A stretch of 64,000 bases of DNA from Lama glama (GCA_028534125.1 CM052817.1:73658001-73722000); one strand, 5' to 3'. Shown: positions 1-13,769, counted from the stretch's first letter. A program made the numbers and translations. The notes: generated by a model from the letters alone, not told the origin.

Positions 1-1164
1 TATTTGCCAAATAAATAATACATGAAAACCTGTTATACAAAAATGTTAAACATTTTATACTAAATTGGATTTGGATTTGCATGATCTGCATTTTGCATTT
101 AAATATGCAACAAATGTGTACAAAAATTCAGCTTTATTTGGTAGAAGAATGAATTACTTCTCATTTCTATGGGATTATTACTTTTTTCAGATTTTGTAAT
201 AGCTATACATTTTATTAATTTATATAATAATTTTATACTATTATTAACGATGAAATGCCATGACTATTAAATTGGCACATGCTTAGTTTTAGTGCACAAT
301 TTCCCCTTCCATTTTACTCATTAGACTGTTTACAAAACCAGTTTAGTTTCAGCATTTGAAACCCACATGAGAGTATTCCTCTGATGTGGATAATTGTTTC
401 AGTTGAGAACATTATACAAGAGAAGAGAGAAAACAGGGCTCAAATATTCCTACTCAATGTCCTTTGCATCTTATGAATATTATAAGACAGACTGCCTTAG
501 TAATTTATTCCTAGTTCTCTCCTTAAGTTTTATATATTTAGGGTTTATTGTTATGTTTCTTAAAATATCATGTAAATTTTGCTATAAATATTGAGCCATC
601 TTTGTGAAAGTAGCCCTGCTTAAATTAAGCTACAAAATCTGTCTGAATCTCAAAGGTGGGGACATGTCTGCACAGCTTGGGCACAAATCATGTGAGTTAC
701 TCTCTGAATCATGCCCTCTGCTCCATCTGGAGAGGACAATGCAAGTCTCTATAATTTCCTAGTTACTTCTGCAGTTCGAGTGCACAAGTGATTTGTATCT
801 TGTCTTCAGTTCCATCTTCTTTCAGAGGCACAAACCAGGTCCATCACTGATCGGTATAAGGAGTGGGAAAGGGTAATGACGGTGTATTCCTCCCATTATG
901 TAGTCTGTAAAGCTCTCTGGGCCAAGCAAAATCATGTGGGCATTGAAGTTCAAAACCACAACATAGGTGCATTGATTTATAGTGACAGTGTTGCTTAGGA
1001 AATAAGAAATCTCAGTCATTAAAAAACATCAGCCAGTAGCAAGTATGTAAACTATTTTGTTTTACATATCTAGTATTCTGAATCAATTCATTCAGGTAAT
1101 TTTTTTTCTGAAAATATATCTCTAATGGATATTTAGATTTTATGCTAAATTTAGGTAATGTAAG

Positions 1165-1620
1165 AGTTATGGCTGATAATTACTATAATACATGACTGAA
1201 ATTTCATGGCTTAGCAAAAAGAAGCTTAGTTTTATTTATGTAAAGTCTAGTGCCATGATGGTGGCTTGGGGAGTCAGGCTTCTGTACATTTTGCATGCAG
1301 TTGTCAGGAATTTGGGTTTATACAGGTTTGTTTAGAGACTTAGGTTGATAGAGACTCTGTTTCTTCTAATATTGGGTTTCTGAGGTCTCCCTTGGGATTG
1401 ACCCACTGAGGAAATGAAATGTGGTGAATTGTGCAGGAGAGTTTTATCTAAAGTGGGTGTGTATTTCTTCCGCTTGGGTTCCATAATCTCTTACAGTCTA
1501 ACCAAATGCAAAAGGGGTGGGAAGATGAGGTCTTCAGTGGGTGGCCATTTTCCAAAAACAACCCTTCACTGTAAAAGGGCAGTGTGAATTTTTCGTGAAT
1601 AGCTTGCTTCCTCTGCTATG
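1165..1620 (-). mobile_element. Old MaLR LTR (MLT1 family) remnant
   Basis: Degraded MLT1-like motifs (tttcatggcttagcaaaa; taaccaaatgcaaaaggggtgggaagatg). Confidence 0.45.
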
Positions 1621-3072
1621 ATAAGAGAGTGACTACGATTGCTGTATTCAAGCAACCTCTGAAAATTGCCTTTTTAGTAATGGTGTTAAAAAGAAGGCTA
1701 TTTTTAAAAATGGAAACTTAACACTGTTGATCCATAAGTGAATACGTTTAGGATTATTGTTTTAGAACTAGAGGAGTTGTTTTGTCATCAGGTAGAATCC
1801 CATTTGGATGATTATGGAGATCTTCTTAGATTTGGGAAGTTTAAAATAGTTATTTTCCTCTTTTCCTCTGGTGATTATTTTTAAGTAAAGGGATAAAAAT
1901 TCCTCTTTCTGTGGTGGCTTAAATGAAAATTGCTAAGCAAGATGAGAGTTTTATTTAGAAGATACACATGACACATCATTTTGTATTATAATGATTATGA
2001 CATATTAGCATTCAATGCTGCTAAAATAAATCTATGATCAAGAGTAACTGTGTCCTCACAGTACTTTACAGAGTATTTCTAAGTCCTTATGCCACTTGAA
2101 CCTGTCAATGACTCTTTGAGAAAGAGAAGATATTATTAGCCTCCTTTTTGGACAAGAAATATGAGACTCATGGTGTTTCAATGACTAGCTTAAAAACCTT
2201 TGGATTGTAAGGGTTATGTGAGTGAGAACTATAATCTTGTAATGCTGTTTCCATTACTGACGTGACTACATCTATCTGAACATTGGAAAGAACCATTAGT
2301 TTGACTTTTTCAGTTTGTACGATCTATGAAAATGACCACTGATGCAGGTGATGTGAGAGTCACAAGGTGACAGAAATAACAGATCAGCATTACTGGCTTG
2401 TTCATTTTGCTGATTCAGGCATATCTTGCATATTAGCTTTTAAATATTTATAGAGGAGAATTCCAGGAGTGGACAGATCTTTTTCTTTTAATCCACAAAG
2501 GCCATCAAAATTGTAGCTCCAGTCTATTTCTAAATGAACCCAGAGCTTTTTCTGTTGTTTTTCAAAAATACTCTTAGTATAGTTGACTTTTCACCTTTGT
2601 ATTCATTGATACGCGGTTGAGTTTTTATTGCCTAAAATTGTTTCGTACAGATATAAAAGACAAAGTCACTTTTCTCTGGAAGATCACTGTCTCATGAGGG
2701 ACAGAGAGTAAGCAGGGACTTCATAGAGTCTGATAAAGTTAATGAAAGGATATTCAGGAAGCCTTATACGTCCTAGGAATAGAGGCTAACTCAGTGTTGG
2801 ATGGGATAGAATGGGTGTTGTAGAAGGGATTCCAGAGGAGTGATGTTTGAATTGATTCTGAAAGGATGAGTAGGAGTTCAGGAGAGACACGTGATGCTTT
2901 TTAAAATGTAAGATACCAGGTTCAGTTACATTACAAATATTTGACTTAAAAATGTGACATCATTCTAAAATTTATTATCCACATATAGGCCTCAGAAAAG
3001 GAACTTAAAGGATAGCTCAGTAAATAGTTATAAACATTGGGAAATAAAACCAGTTAAAAAAGTAAGATGCTA

Positions 3073-3261
3073 GATGCTAACTGATATATATAGAATAGAT
3101 AACAAGTTTCTACTGTATAGCACAGGGAACTATATTCGATGTCTTGTAGTAACTTACAGTGAAAATGAATATAAAAATGAATATATGTATGTTCACGTAT
3201 GACTGAAGCACTGTGCTGTACACCAGAAATTGACACAACATTGTAAACTGACTGTACTTCA

Positions 3262-3302
<41 letters not shown>

Positions 3303-3303
3303 C
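3073..3303 (+). mobile_element. 5'-truncated LINE-1 (3'UTR end, artiodactyl/camelid type) with a (TA)n tail
   Basis: L1 3' motifs (ctactgtatagcacagggaactatatt; tgtgctgtacaccagaaattgacacaacattgtaaactgact; aataaa). The 17-bp TSD is aaaaaagtaagatgcta (3056-3072) / aaaaaactaagatgcta (3304-3320). Confidence 0.9.
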
Positions 3304-4464
3304 AAAAAACTAAGATGCTATAGTAGGCATGTGTTATGGTTAGATTTATAATTAACTTGAACTTATTCTGTGCTTCCTCACGTATTGTGACCCATGTATA
3401 TTTCTTGATTTGTAGTTTAGTCTTCTCTTTAATCTGTCTCTGTTCTACCTCTAGTTATCTCCCATTAAATCAGTTCCCATACCTGTGGTGATGTACTTAT
3501 TTTTTTGTTTCCAGGTGGATTACTTATGCTTAACTTTATTGTATCAATCCCCGTCCTTTATAGGTTTCTCTGGCACTTTTGTTTCTGTAGGCTTTTTTTT
3601 TTAAATTCATTAATCCCAGTGGCAGTATTTATTGCCTACCCAGAAGGTACCTGTGGTTGCGAATTATGACTTTGCATGTTAAAATTCTTTGGCAGATCAA
3701 AGAAAGTTCATCACAGAGAAAATAGAACTAAAATGCCAGTCTATAAAAGTGTAGAACTTCATGAAGGCCCTGTTAGCAGAGGGGCTGGCTGTGAGGAACT
3801 TGGCAGGGAAGGCCCACCAGCACAGGCTTGGAGGGCAACCTAAGAGGTTTAGAGGAAAGGGGAACTTTCTGTCACTAGGTTTTATAGAACCTTTATCTAT
3901 TTTTCTTTAAGAGAAATAGTTTCTCATCTTCTGGAACAGTTTATTGGAAGCTCTACATGAATGTAGACCGAAAAGGGAAAGATGGAAAAATCAGAGGAGC
4001 TAGCAAGATTGCTTTTAGATTTGAGTCTCTGTATAATGTAAGTCAATTTACTTACAGTTTTTTCTTTATTTTGACTCAAAAGCTGGTTTGATGTTATATA
4101 TTTATTGATCATTGATCAGATGATTGATGACTACAATAGAACTAATGTAATATATTTAATATAAACATAAAAACTGCTTCAGAACTCATATAAGAACCAC
4201 TGTACTCTCTTAATATACTTTGAGCACCTTGCGTACCTTTGAAATGGGTCTCAGAAGTCAATAAAAGACAGTACATCTGCAAGGCTCTCCTTTTTTGTTT
4301 TTAAAAACTATTTTGTTTTTATGGAAAAAAATCAGCACAATACAATTAAAGAAAAATTTGAAAAGAGGTTGATTGCTGTATTACCTTAAAATTATATTTA
4401 TGTTCCATTTTTTGTGTGTACTCATAGATTTTTTTTCTATAGTTGCAATTCAGTCTAACGCAAA

Positions 4465-5375
4465 CATTCATCACTCTTTTTTTCAAGAAATGATGATTAA
4501 GTGCTCACCCTGTGAAGGGCTCTGTTCTAGGTACAGGGAGCCTCTGCTGTGAATAAAATAGAGTCCTTCCCTTCTGGTGATTATATTCTAGTGGAGGAGG
4601 TGTGTGTGTATGAGAGGGAGACAAGGAAAACAAACCAAAAGACAGACGATGTCAGATGGCAATGAATTCTATGACCAGAACTAAAGCCCAGTAAGGGGAT
4701 AAAGGGTGATGATGGCTGTTTAAACTAGTGTTGTTAAGGAAAGAAGTGTTGGTGATATTTGATCAGATACCTGAGAAGGAGTGGCCTCTGTGATTCTCAG
4801 GGTAAGACCACTCCTTGGGGAGGAAACAGCAGGTGCCTTAGAAGCGAACTTGCTTGGCTCGCTTGATGAGGACTGGAGGGGTCAGTAAGTCTGAAGCGTC
4901 GGAAGCAAGAAGGAGAATGGTCAGAGATAAGGTCAGAAGTCACCAGAGACCACATTATAAGTGCTACTGTGTGTGGCAGGTTGGGAGATAGGAATACAGA
5001 AGTGACTAAGACAGCCCTTAACTCCAAGAAACTTATATTCAAAAAGCACATAAATGTATAAACAAATAAATTCCAATATAATGTGTTAGGTGCTATTATA
5101 AGGAAAGGAACAGAGTGCAGTGGCTAGCATAACTGCACTGGGGGGGACAATGATGCTGAAATGGAATTTGGGGGATGTGTAGGAGTTTTTCAGGAAGAGA
5201 AGGAAGGAAAGGGCATTCTAGACATCCAGGGCAGCACATGCCAAAGTCAAGGCATATTTTTAGGTTTGGAAAAATGTTTAATGAGGTTAAAAAAAAAGCA
5301 ATAAACCAAAGATGTATATTGGAAAATAATAGGAGATGAGGCTGGAAAATAGATTAAAACCAAATGATGAAGGCT
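4465..5375 (-). mobile_element. L2 LINE remnants
   Basis: Antisense L2 3'-end motifs (ttaagtgctcaccctgtg...ctgttctaggtaca; atattctagtggagga) and purine-rich antisense L2 body. Confidence 0.6.
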
Positions 5376-5935
5376 CCCCCCCAAAAAAAAATTTTTTTAA
5401 ATTTGAATCATTTTATTCTATGGGAGTTTAAAATTTTTATCCATGATGTTAAACTCTTTGTTTTTCTCTATGTTTTTTTTTTGTTGCTGTTGCCACTTAA
5501 AAGCAGGGAAAATTGTTAACAGACAGATTAATAATATCAAAGGAAGATGATTTATCCATCCTTCCAGTGTCGGCAAATGGCTACTTTAATTTTCAGTTTG
5601 GGGGAAAAAAATCAAGATCTCCAGGTTATAGCTGTATTACTTAATAATTATTTACCTTTTCAAAATGATGGATATCCTGGTTTTCTCATAGAAATTGACT
5701 TTCTATAAGTTCTAAAGATATAAATATAGTAATGTATTTTAACCACTATTTCTTGCTGAAATAATATTACTTTTCAGAAGATGCCACATGTTTTAAATCA
5801 CTGTTATCATTATTTAAAATTTATTTGCTCTATTGTCTTCTGTCTTGGCTGGAAACTTTTAGAAATAAATTATAAGTAAATTCTAGATTCTGAACATGAA
5901 GTTTCCCAATGTAATAATTTCATTGGTACTCTTTT

Positions 5936-6643
5936 GTTGTCTGTTTGTTATTACATGATCACATACCTAAGTCTGCAATCCAGCTAGACCTTTACGGAGA
6001 TATGAAAATGGGGACCTTGAAGAACTATAGTGAGAGCACGAAGATTATAGGGTGTTGTCTGCTGATGGGGGTGGAGGGGTGCCCTCCTGAGCTACATAAG
6101 GAATGACCTGGTGGTTAAAATAAAACACAAGTCAAATTTACTAGAGTCATCCACAGTGGACAATGGTGAGCCTCTTGCTGGTCCTGCCATTCCTTGACCC
6201 AAAGTGTTCCATGGCTTCCACTGTATCCCCTCTTTTGCTCTTCCCTACGTGAGCCATCCAACTACTTGTCTTGTCAGTGCAAGTGAAAAACTGGGAACTG
6301 CTTGGTTGGTCCAGTGTTTGCCATGGAAAAGATGCCAGGACTATATGCTTCAGGAAGGAGTTCTCATCATGAAATTTCTCCCTATAGATGGATTTACCAT
6401 TAGTGCCATTATCACGTGTAAAGTCACCACCCAACCAACACATAAACCCTAGAATAACTGAGTGAGAGCAAGAACCCTTACAATCAAAACCTTTCTCCCC
6501 ATTGCTCAGAATGCAAATATTTTGCTGTCTTTGTAATTTTGTCTGCAAATAGCTTGAAGGAGATGTGTCCTCATCTGTGATGTCAAAGAACAGGGTGGGT
6601 TGACTTTGGCTGGGAGTTGGCAATGGTGGCATCTGCAAAGCCA
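5936..6643 (-). pseudogene. PPIA: Processed pseudogene of peptidyl-prolyl isomerase A (cyclophilin A)
   Basis: The minus-strand translation retains cyclophilin motifs (PTLFFDI, GEKGF, GGDFTRDNGTNGKSIY.EKF.DEN, VEAMEHFGSRNGRTSK..TI..CG). It is intronless, with a 5'UTR remnant (ctttgcagatgccacc), a 3'UTR (tttgacttgtgtttt...ctagctggattgcaga) and an A-rich tail remnant. The start codon is lost (gccAAAgtcaac) and there are frameshifts. The 15-bp TSD is cattggtactctttt (5921-5935) / cattagtactgtttt (6644-6658). Confidence 0.95.
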
Positions 6644-7294
6644 CATTAGTACTGTTTTTGGATATGTAAGTGTTCTAGAATTCCTAGAAGAGCATTGTAT
6701 GCTCCCTATAAGAAATCAGAATTCACTCATGAATGTTGTTCACTGGATAGGTTTCTGGGTGACAAATTACTATGTCAGCTATCCCTGGATGCTCTTCATT
6801 AGAGTTAGAAGTACTATGGTGAAGCAATGTCTTGGGAACCGTGGGCTGTGTAGAATATGAGCTCAGGGACTCTGAGCTTCCTCAGAGGTGTCAGCAGCTC
6901 CCTGAGGGACACGTTTCCGTCACTGGGAGTTTTTCACAGGCGCCTCTCTGGCTATGCAAGAGAGCCTTTTGTTAGTGGCTGACAACAGTCACATTTCATC
7001 TAGGATTGAGCAGACAGCACTGGTGTTTTAGAATATGCATGTCCATATGAACAAAACATTAACATCGTCCTTAATTTTCAAACACAGTTTTGAAATGGAG
7101 ATTTTCAGAGCACATTATTATCAAGTGGCCTCACGTGCCTAAAAGCGTGATTTTAGTCTTGCTTTACGAGCTTTATGTAACAAAGCTCAAAAACCCCAGA
7201 ATATTAATCTTTCACAAGATGTGATTTAGAAAAGAACATTTTATGTCTCCAAAAGGTAATGAAATGGAAGACAAATGACCCGAGCCAGGAAGGC

Positions 7295-7465
7295 AACTAA
7301 CATTTATCTGCATTTGGGTCTTCATACATTTGTGCATTTGCCACAGTTTCTTACACAGATATAATTAGCACCATATTTACAGATGAGTAAACTGAGGCTC
7401 AGAGAAGTTGGATAACTAGATCATGAATTGGAATCTAGGCCTTTCTGGCTCTAATGTCCATGGTC
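7295..7465 (-). mobile_element. MIR SINE
   Basis: tttacagatgagtaaactgaggctcagagaagtt matches the MIR core. Confidence 0.7.
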
Positions 7466-7529
7466 TCACTTATCATGAGTCTCAGTTCTGCTTAAACACA
7501 TCGTTTGGTCGTTCAGAGCCATAGTTCTG

Positions 7530-7830
7530 CTCTAGTTAATTATCACAGCGTAACAAACCACCTGAACACTTAATGGTTTGAGACAACAACCTAAATTCTC
7601 TCTTACTCCAGTAGGCTCAATCAGTATTTTTCATGGTGATCTCAAGGCAACATTCCAAGAAGGTGGAAAAGGAAGTTGCAAGGTGTCTTAAGACCTAGGC
7701 TTTAAAAGTCCCACGGTGCCACTTCACCACATTCTGTTAGTCAAAGCAAGTCACGAGGCCAGCCCAGATTCAAAGGAAGGAAAATAGATTTTGTCTCCTG
7801 ATGGGAAGGGCTGTAAACATTTTATGACCG
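7530..7830 (-). mobile_element. Old MaLR LTR (MLT1 family) fragment
   Basis: gtaacaaaccacc...ccacttcaccacattctgttagtcaaagcaagtcacgaggccagcccagattcaa is typical of MLT1 LTRs. Confidence 0.7.
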
Positions 7831-8864
7831 TATTTACTTGGTCACTTTTTTTGTTTTGTTTTTAATTTTTAGTATATTATGTTGCATTATTACCAAAGCA
7901 TTGAAGAATGTAAGAAGATAGAGCTTTAGATTCTTAAATGTGTCTTCTAATTTTGTCCTACTTTACTATTGTGATGCAGATATTTGAAAGGGGATGATAA
8001 GCATGAAGATACCTTGAAAACCCACAAATAGAGCCCATGGTAATCTAAGGTGTTAGGATTTTTAGAAGATGCTCAGATTTGCAGTTGAAAGGACCTTTTA
8101 ATAGATTAAAATAGATGAAAAAGAGATGTAAGGCAATCTCTAGTTCATAGGGCATGGGAATTTTCTTCTAGACTTAGTTTCGTGAAATGTGATTTTTTAA
8201 GTGTTTTGTTATTGTTTGTGTGCATAGAATCAAGCAATGAGTAAAAGTTGTGTAAAGTCAAAGTCTTGCTAACATTTGGATATTTAATACTATTTGATTC
8301 AGATGCTGTCATATCAAGAAGTCTGTGGAATTGTAACATGGGCATGTAATAGTCCTGGCTAATGCAGAAATGCCTGCTACGTTAAAAGGCTTTCCCCCCA
8401 AATAAGATTCTCAGTTAAATTCTCTCTTTCTAAGAACTATTCTAACCTTGAGTATGACTTTCATAAAAATACCAGATAGTTGATAAGCTACCATTTTATA
8501 TAATAAACTCCTTTTCCTTCCAAAATCTAATTTCTTTTGGCATCTCAAAATATTATTGCAGTGTGCTCAAATGGGTTCTAAAACGGAAAACCTAAATGGT
8601 GCTACGAAAAAATATTCTCCTGGGATTTCTTTCTAAGGGGGTGCTATGTGAGATTTGGGGAATTTATTTAGAAAGAAGTTCCTGAAAATGAGCCCTGAGT
8701 GATCTGTTTTTAAACGGCTCCAGTAACTGACGTTGTAAGGATTTAAAAGTTTCTTCCTGTGGGTCTTGGTTGTTTTTTGGTTTGTTTTAATGTAAGTGTG
8801 TCTGTTCAAATTGCATCCTCTACCATAATATCTGGGTATTAGAAAATACATGGCCTAACTATAG

Positions 8865-9060
8865 GCAAATTTTGTTCAGCTCACATAACATTTTAAAAAT
8901 TGGCTTAGTTGTCAATATTTTGATAGAAGATTTCACACAAAAGCCCAGAATTCCAGCTTCTCTATAAAATCAGAATATCCGGTAATATTGGGCCACATTT
9001 CCACTTGAACCTAATGGTTTGAGACCTAACAGAAGCGGTCCTCTTTAGATAGTCACCATC
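8865..9060. mobile_element. hAT-type relic (MER102-like)
   Basis: gaagatttcacacaaaagcccagaattccagcttctct...aaatcagaatatccggtaatattgggccacatttccac. Confidence 0.5.
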
Positions 9061-9794
9061 ACCTCCACTTCTGATGCTTATATAACCTGCTTCCCCTGCT
9101 CAGCATTTGAGTTTGAGACGGTGAAGGAACAGTGGCTGGAAGGATCCAGACACCCCTGTGACTTTTGATAATCAAGAATTTTGGGGCTACTGCGGGACAG
9201 AAGGTGGAGAGTCTCAGGTGTATGGATGCAAAGAGGAAAGAAGAACTTAAGAGTTGCATCTACTGGCCCCTTGATCAAGCTCTGAACAGCAGTGGTATAG
9301 ATGCTGCCTGTCTTTGAACCGTAGCATCAAACCTGATTTTGGCAGCAGTACTTCAGCACAGATTGCACCTGCTGTGTTAAAAATACTTATCAGCCATCTT
9401 CAGCATCGTATTGAAATGCAAGTCAACACGGCCTGAAATTTTGACTTCTCTCAATATTCTTGTAAAGCTACAAAGAAAAAAAAATCCAAATGATTTTGAA
9501 TTTTAAATTTAGGAATTTAGGCAAGTGAAATAGTAGCTGAATCCTTTGATCAAATTTTGGATTGGGACAGTCTTTGTAAGATGTGTTAATTGATCTCTCT
9601 CTATATTTTTTAAATGTTGTATGTTCTGCCATGTTTGTCATTATTAAATTTTTCCCAGAGAATTTCCTACCAATTGGCAATTTTAAGGTTTATTTAAAAG
9701 AAAAATGACCAAATGCCTATAGTTCTACTTTCTGAAACAAAGAATGGATTCAGCATGAATAATTTTTAAAAATTATCAAAATTTAGTTTTTGAT

Positions 9795-10005
9795 AATAGT
9801 AGCTAACATTATTGAGTGCTTATTACATGCCAGTATTTTGAGTCCCATAGTAATTAACTCATTCACTCCTGTTAGATAGCCCTCTTACATAGATAAGAAA
9901 ATTGGAGCCTAGAGAGGGAGTAAAATCTGTCTAAATTCGCAGGGCATAGGGATTTGCTTGCTTCCTGGCAGTCTGATTTCCAAGTCTGCTCTTAATCACT
10001 CTGTT
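9795..10005 (-). mobile_element. MIR SINE
   Basis: agctaacattattgagtgcttattacatgccag...agataagaaaattggagcctagagagg...cagtctgatttcca. Confidence 0.65.
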
Positions 10006-10559
10006 TACCACCTTTCTGCTTGTTTCTCTCAGACATGCATTCCAGCCTCCACTGAATTTCACAAAGGCCTGTTTTCAGACGCTCTAATAATGAGTGGGAG
10101 TCTCAAGTGTATTGGGCTTCTGGAACTTACTGTATGAAAAATTTAAGGATTTGTAATCATAGATACCATAAGGATAGATAAAAACAAAATTCATCAATAC
10201 GAAGATTGGTGGAAACTTATAAAATAAAATCATGTTTCCACTCTAAACATTATTTTTCTCCTCTAATGTGAATAGAGCCAGTGTTCATTCTCAGAGTTAT
10301 TTTTTGAATGTGGTAATATGCAGAGATGTAAATTAGGGTCAGAATATTTGGATTTATTTAGAATGGCATCTGGCTACAGGATTAAAATCAATGTGGTCAA
10401 AGTATATACTATACACAGTAGCAAAGTTATATGCAATACTTATCACAGTGTAGAGCTGCCCTTCCTCCTGACTGTGGGGACTGGAGTTTAATAAATGTTA
10501 AGCTTGGTAAATATAAGGAAGATTTATTGAGAAGTAACTTGACATACTGGCAGAAACAA

Positions 10560-10715
10560 TAGTATAAATTAAAGATATCCACAGACCAGAAGCATGGGCA
10601 TCCCCTGGACTTTGTATGAAGTACAGACTCTCAGACTCCCAGACCTAGGGAATCAGACCTATGTTTACATCAACAGGTGATTTGTGTGCATACCAAAGCT
10701 TGAGAAGCACTGACC
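10560..10715. mobile_element. MER5-like DNA transposon relic
   Basis: cagactctcagactcccagacctagggaatcaga...caggtgatttgtgtgcataccaaagcttgagaagcactg. Confidence 0.7.
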
Positions 10716-10822
10716 TAAAGAGATTGGATTCTGCCAGTAATTTGTTGTGCAGTCTTGAATGGGTCCCTTTCTATTCTTGTATTTTAGTTCCGTCCATTCC
10801 TTGTCACTTGCTGCTTTGATTC

Positions 10823-10990
10823 TGGACAAGTTAATTCTGTAATCTTCACTCAGTTGCCTAGAAGATAGGGGTAATGATAATACCTCCCTCATCCTATTGT
10901 AAGGATTAAATGAGGTAATGGGCATAAGGTGTATGGAGTATTGTTCACATATAGTGTGTGGTTAATAAATGTCTGCAGTAGTTATTTTAG
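10823..10990 (+). mobile_element. MIR SINE
   Basis: ggggtaatgataatacctccctcat...gtaaggattaaatgag...aataaatgt matches the MIR core and 3' end. Confidence 0.75.
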
Positions 10991-12804
10991 TTGTTGCTTC
11001 TTTAATATACTGCCTTATTTTATTAATCACATGGCAATTGAGGTAAGTTTCTTTCAAAATTCCCTGTACAGATAATCAAACATGCTTTTTCTTTGCACAT
11101 TTTCTACTTTATGAGGTAATACAAAACTGTTGTCCGAAGTTATACCAGTATACATATGCTTTTAACAGCTGAAAATTTAAAAGAAGCAAGGTTTTCCAGG
11201 TAAAGAGCCCAGTGGGAGAAAGAGTGTGGATTAGATACACTATATTCTCGTCTCATGTTTTTGACCTTGGACCTGTCATTTAACCTCGTTGACTTTCACA
11301 GATATTATATGAGAATATAAAGTGCTATAAAATGCTTATAGTACTAGTTTGTTGATTTCATAGAACTGGCAAAACCCAATTATTATGCATTTGTTATCTT
11401 AATGATGGGAATTTGTAATAGGGTGTTGAGATGACCGCTCTTTTGTGGCAGTATATTGGGGACTTTTAGAAGCTTCAGAAAATCATTTAAATGATTAAAT
11501 TACTGTTTCAATCACACGTATGTGCCCTAACTACCTATATCTAATTCCAGGTCCGTTATTTCCATAAGAGATAATTTGCTGTTTGAAAAATCTGCTCATT
11601 ATGTAATAGCTCATTTATTAAAGCTGCAGATAAAAGTCTGCTCTCCTCTCCTGTTTCTGTCACCTTATTTTCTGGGCACCACGTGAGCACACGGGCTGAA
11701 TCAGTGTAGGCAGATAACACACCTTCCCTGAGTAGCAGACAGTGCCTTCACCCTAACTGTCTGCTCTCCATTAGGAAATTCTCCAAAATGTGTTGCTTCT
11801 CTTTTCTGGTAGTGGAATTCGTAGCACAATATCAGCACCGTGATAACAAAGAATTTACATGTTTGGAGAGTTCACTAATTTTTCATTGCCTTGAAAAGTC
11901 TGTTTCGAATTCATAATTAACTCAGCCAGTGTTTATGCTGGACAAGAGTGTATTATGAAACTTTTGTAAGTGAGCAGAACTTATTGGACCTTCCTTACTT
12001 TGCTGCTTTTGTATCTCTTTTTCAATTAGTGATGATAATTTTCCTGGTGAACATATGGCCAATACATTGAATACGTATTTAAATTGAATTGGATGTTAAG
12101 TGAATGCAAATTAAATTAGGTCATGCTTTTTTCTGCTTATTTTAATATATCTGCAAGTCGTATCCCACTGAGGTAGGTGCTCTGTGATTTAAAAAAAAAG
12201 AATGATTTCTCAAAAACCACGGGAATGCTGTTTTGCTTAATTATCAGATTCATAGATAAATAAAGACTTTTCTTGTCAACATATCTCTGAGACAAAAGAC
12301 TTTGTGTCATTAGAAAAGAGACAGCCTTGAGAAACCATGTTTATATAATGTTTAAAAATTTGGACATTTTTCTAAAGGAAGATATTTAGTTATGGATTCA
12401 AAATATTTATTTCAACACTGAGAGGTCCAGAAAGAATTTGCTGCCATGGAAGGGAGTGTATCTTTCCTCTCTCTACACACACACACACACATATATATAT
12501 GGACTTCAGTTATCTTCTTTATGTTATCAACTTTTAAAGATATAATCAACATAAATATTTAGTGCACATATTTAGTATAGTGTACAATATGATAAGTTTT
12601 GAGGTATGTATAGACCATAAGAGCCATCACCACAGTCAAGATAGTCAACAAATTTAGTTATCTTTGGATCAATGCAGGTGTTTAATTGAAATATCAGAAT
12701 CAAATTCCATCTCTTCCCTAGAAGAAATTTTACTATTATGTTGGATTTTGAAATTACACTTGTGTACATTTATTTATATTTACTTACAAAGCATTGTTTT
12801 GTAA

Positions 12805-12965
12805 TCTTATAATATTAATATTACTAACATTAATTAATAATAATTAATAATATTGTAACAATCTACCATATAATACTATGGCAGTATTAATTAATAATAT
12901 TATAACACTATAATATTGTTTTAGATATTGTAATGTTCTTTTATTATTTTAGTTTTTTTTTTTTA
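12805..12965. repeat. AT-rich low-complexity tract (TAA/ATT-rich) ending in poly-T
   Basis: Seen directly (attaattaataataattaataatatt...). Confidence 0.8.
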
Positions 12966-12971
12966 ATTTAG

Positions 12972-13057
12972 GGTGTGGCTGGAATTCATACTGTAGCATG
13001 ACTGGCCTCCAGTGGTATCTTGGCAGAATAGCATCACTGCTAGATTCAAAGCAGCAG
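12972..13057 (+). CDS. Candidate internal exon carrying a start codon (ATG at 12998, MTGLQWYLGRIASLLDSKQQ)
   Basis: Poly-T tract and tttag acceptor ending at 12971, agcATG (A at -3), then 20 codons to CAG|gtgaat in phase 0. This could be chance. Confidence 0.25.
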
Positions 13058-13769
13058 GTGAATTTAGAGAACAATTACACATCAACTAAGATCATGAACC
13101 AGGTGCTGATTGGCAGGGCTGGTGAAATGGAACATCAGATCTGCTGTAACGGGAGGTGGGAACTGCCTCCCCCTAATCTTGGGATCCCAAAGTACGGAAA
13201 TAGTGCGAGGTGATACTTTAATGCAGTTGTTGCTCAGGACTTTTTCACAGGGGAAGTTTTAGACTGCTTTTCATTTTCTCAGAGGAGAGACTTCTCTCTG
13301 GCTATCTTCCCTCTGTGACACTGATACTTCTTTAAAACATACCTTTATTATATTACCTGTTTTTCCTTTTGTGACTTTTTTCCCCTGATAGCCTTTAATT
13401 TTGCTTAAATACTCCAAGAATTCTGAGTACCTTTATAGGTGAAAATTAACGATCCACCTAACAATGTCTTTGTTAATTTGAAGCCATTTTAATGATGAGT
13501 GTGGCTAACTGGGAGGTTTGCATGAAGACAGGGAGTGTTCAGACCTTAAATTACTATGTTTGGCATGTTCTTTCTCATTATTGTATCTATCATCTTTTGT
13601 CCACAGCAGTAGACAAGAGGAACCGTAAATAAAATGATGGGGACCAGGGAAAGAATCTAGATCAGAATAAAGGAAGCAGATATTATATTTTTCTGATTAT
13701 AAGTATATTAATAATTCCTCTAAAGGAAGTTAAATTCTTCAGCGTTCTTTTCAGTGTTCTTGGTCATCA

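Noticed and set aside
3054..3305. Hydrophobic minus-strand ORFs (MYVYIYIYI...)
   Set aside because: They are translations of the (TA)n tail and the antisense L1 3'UTR.
6147..6644. 165-aa cyclophilin-like ORF as a functional gene
   Set aside because: The native ATG is lost, there are frameshifted segments and degraded motifs, and the TSDs and tail indicate a processed pseudogene.
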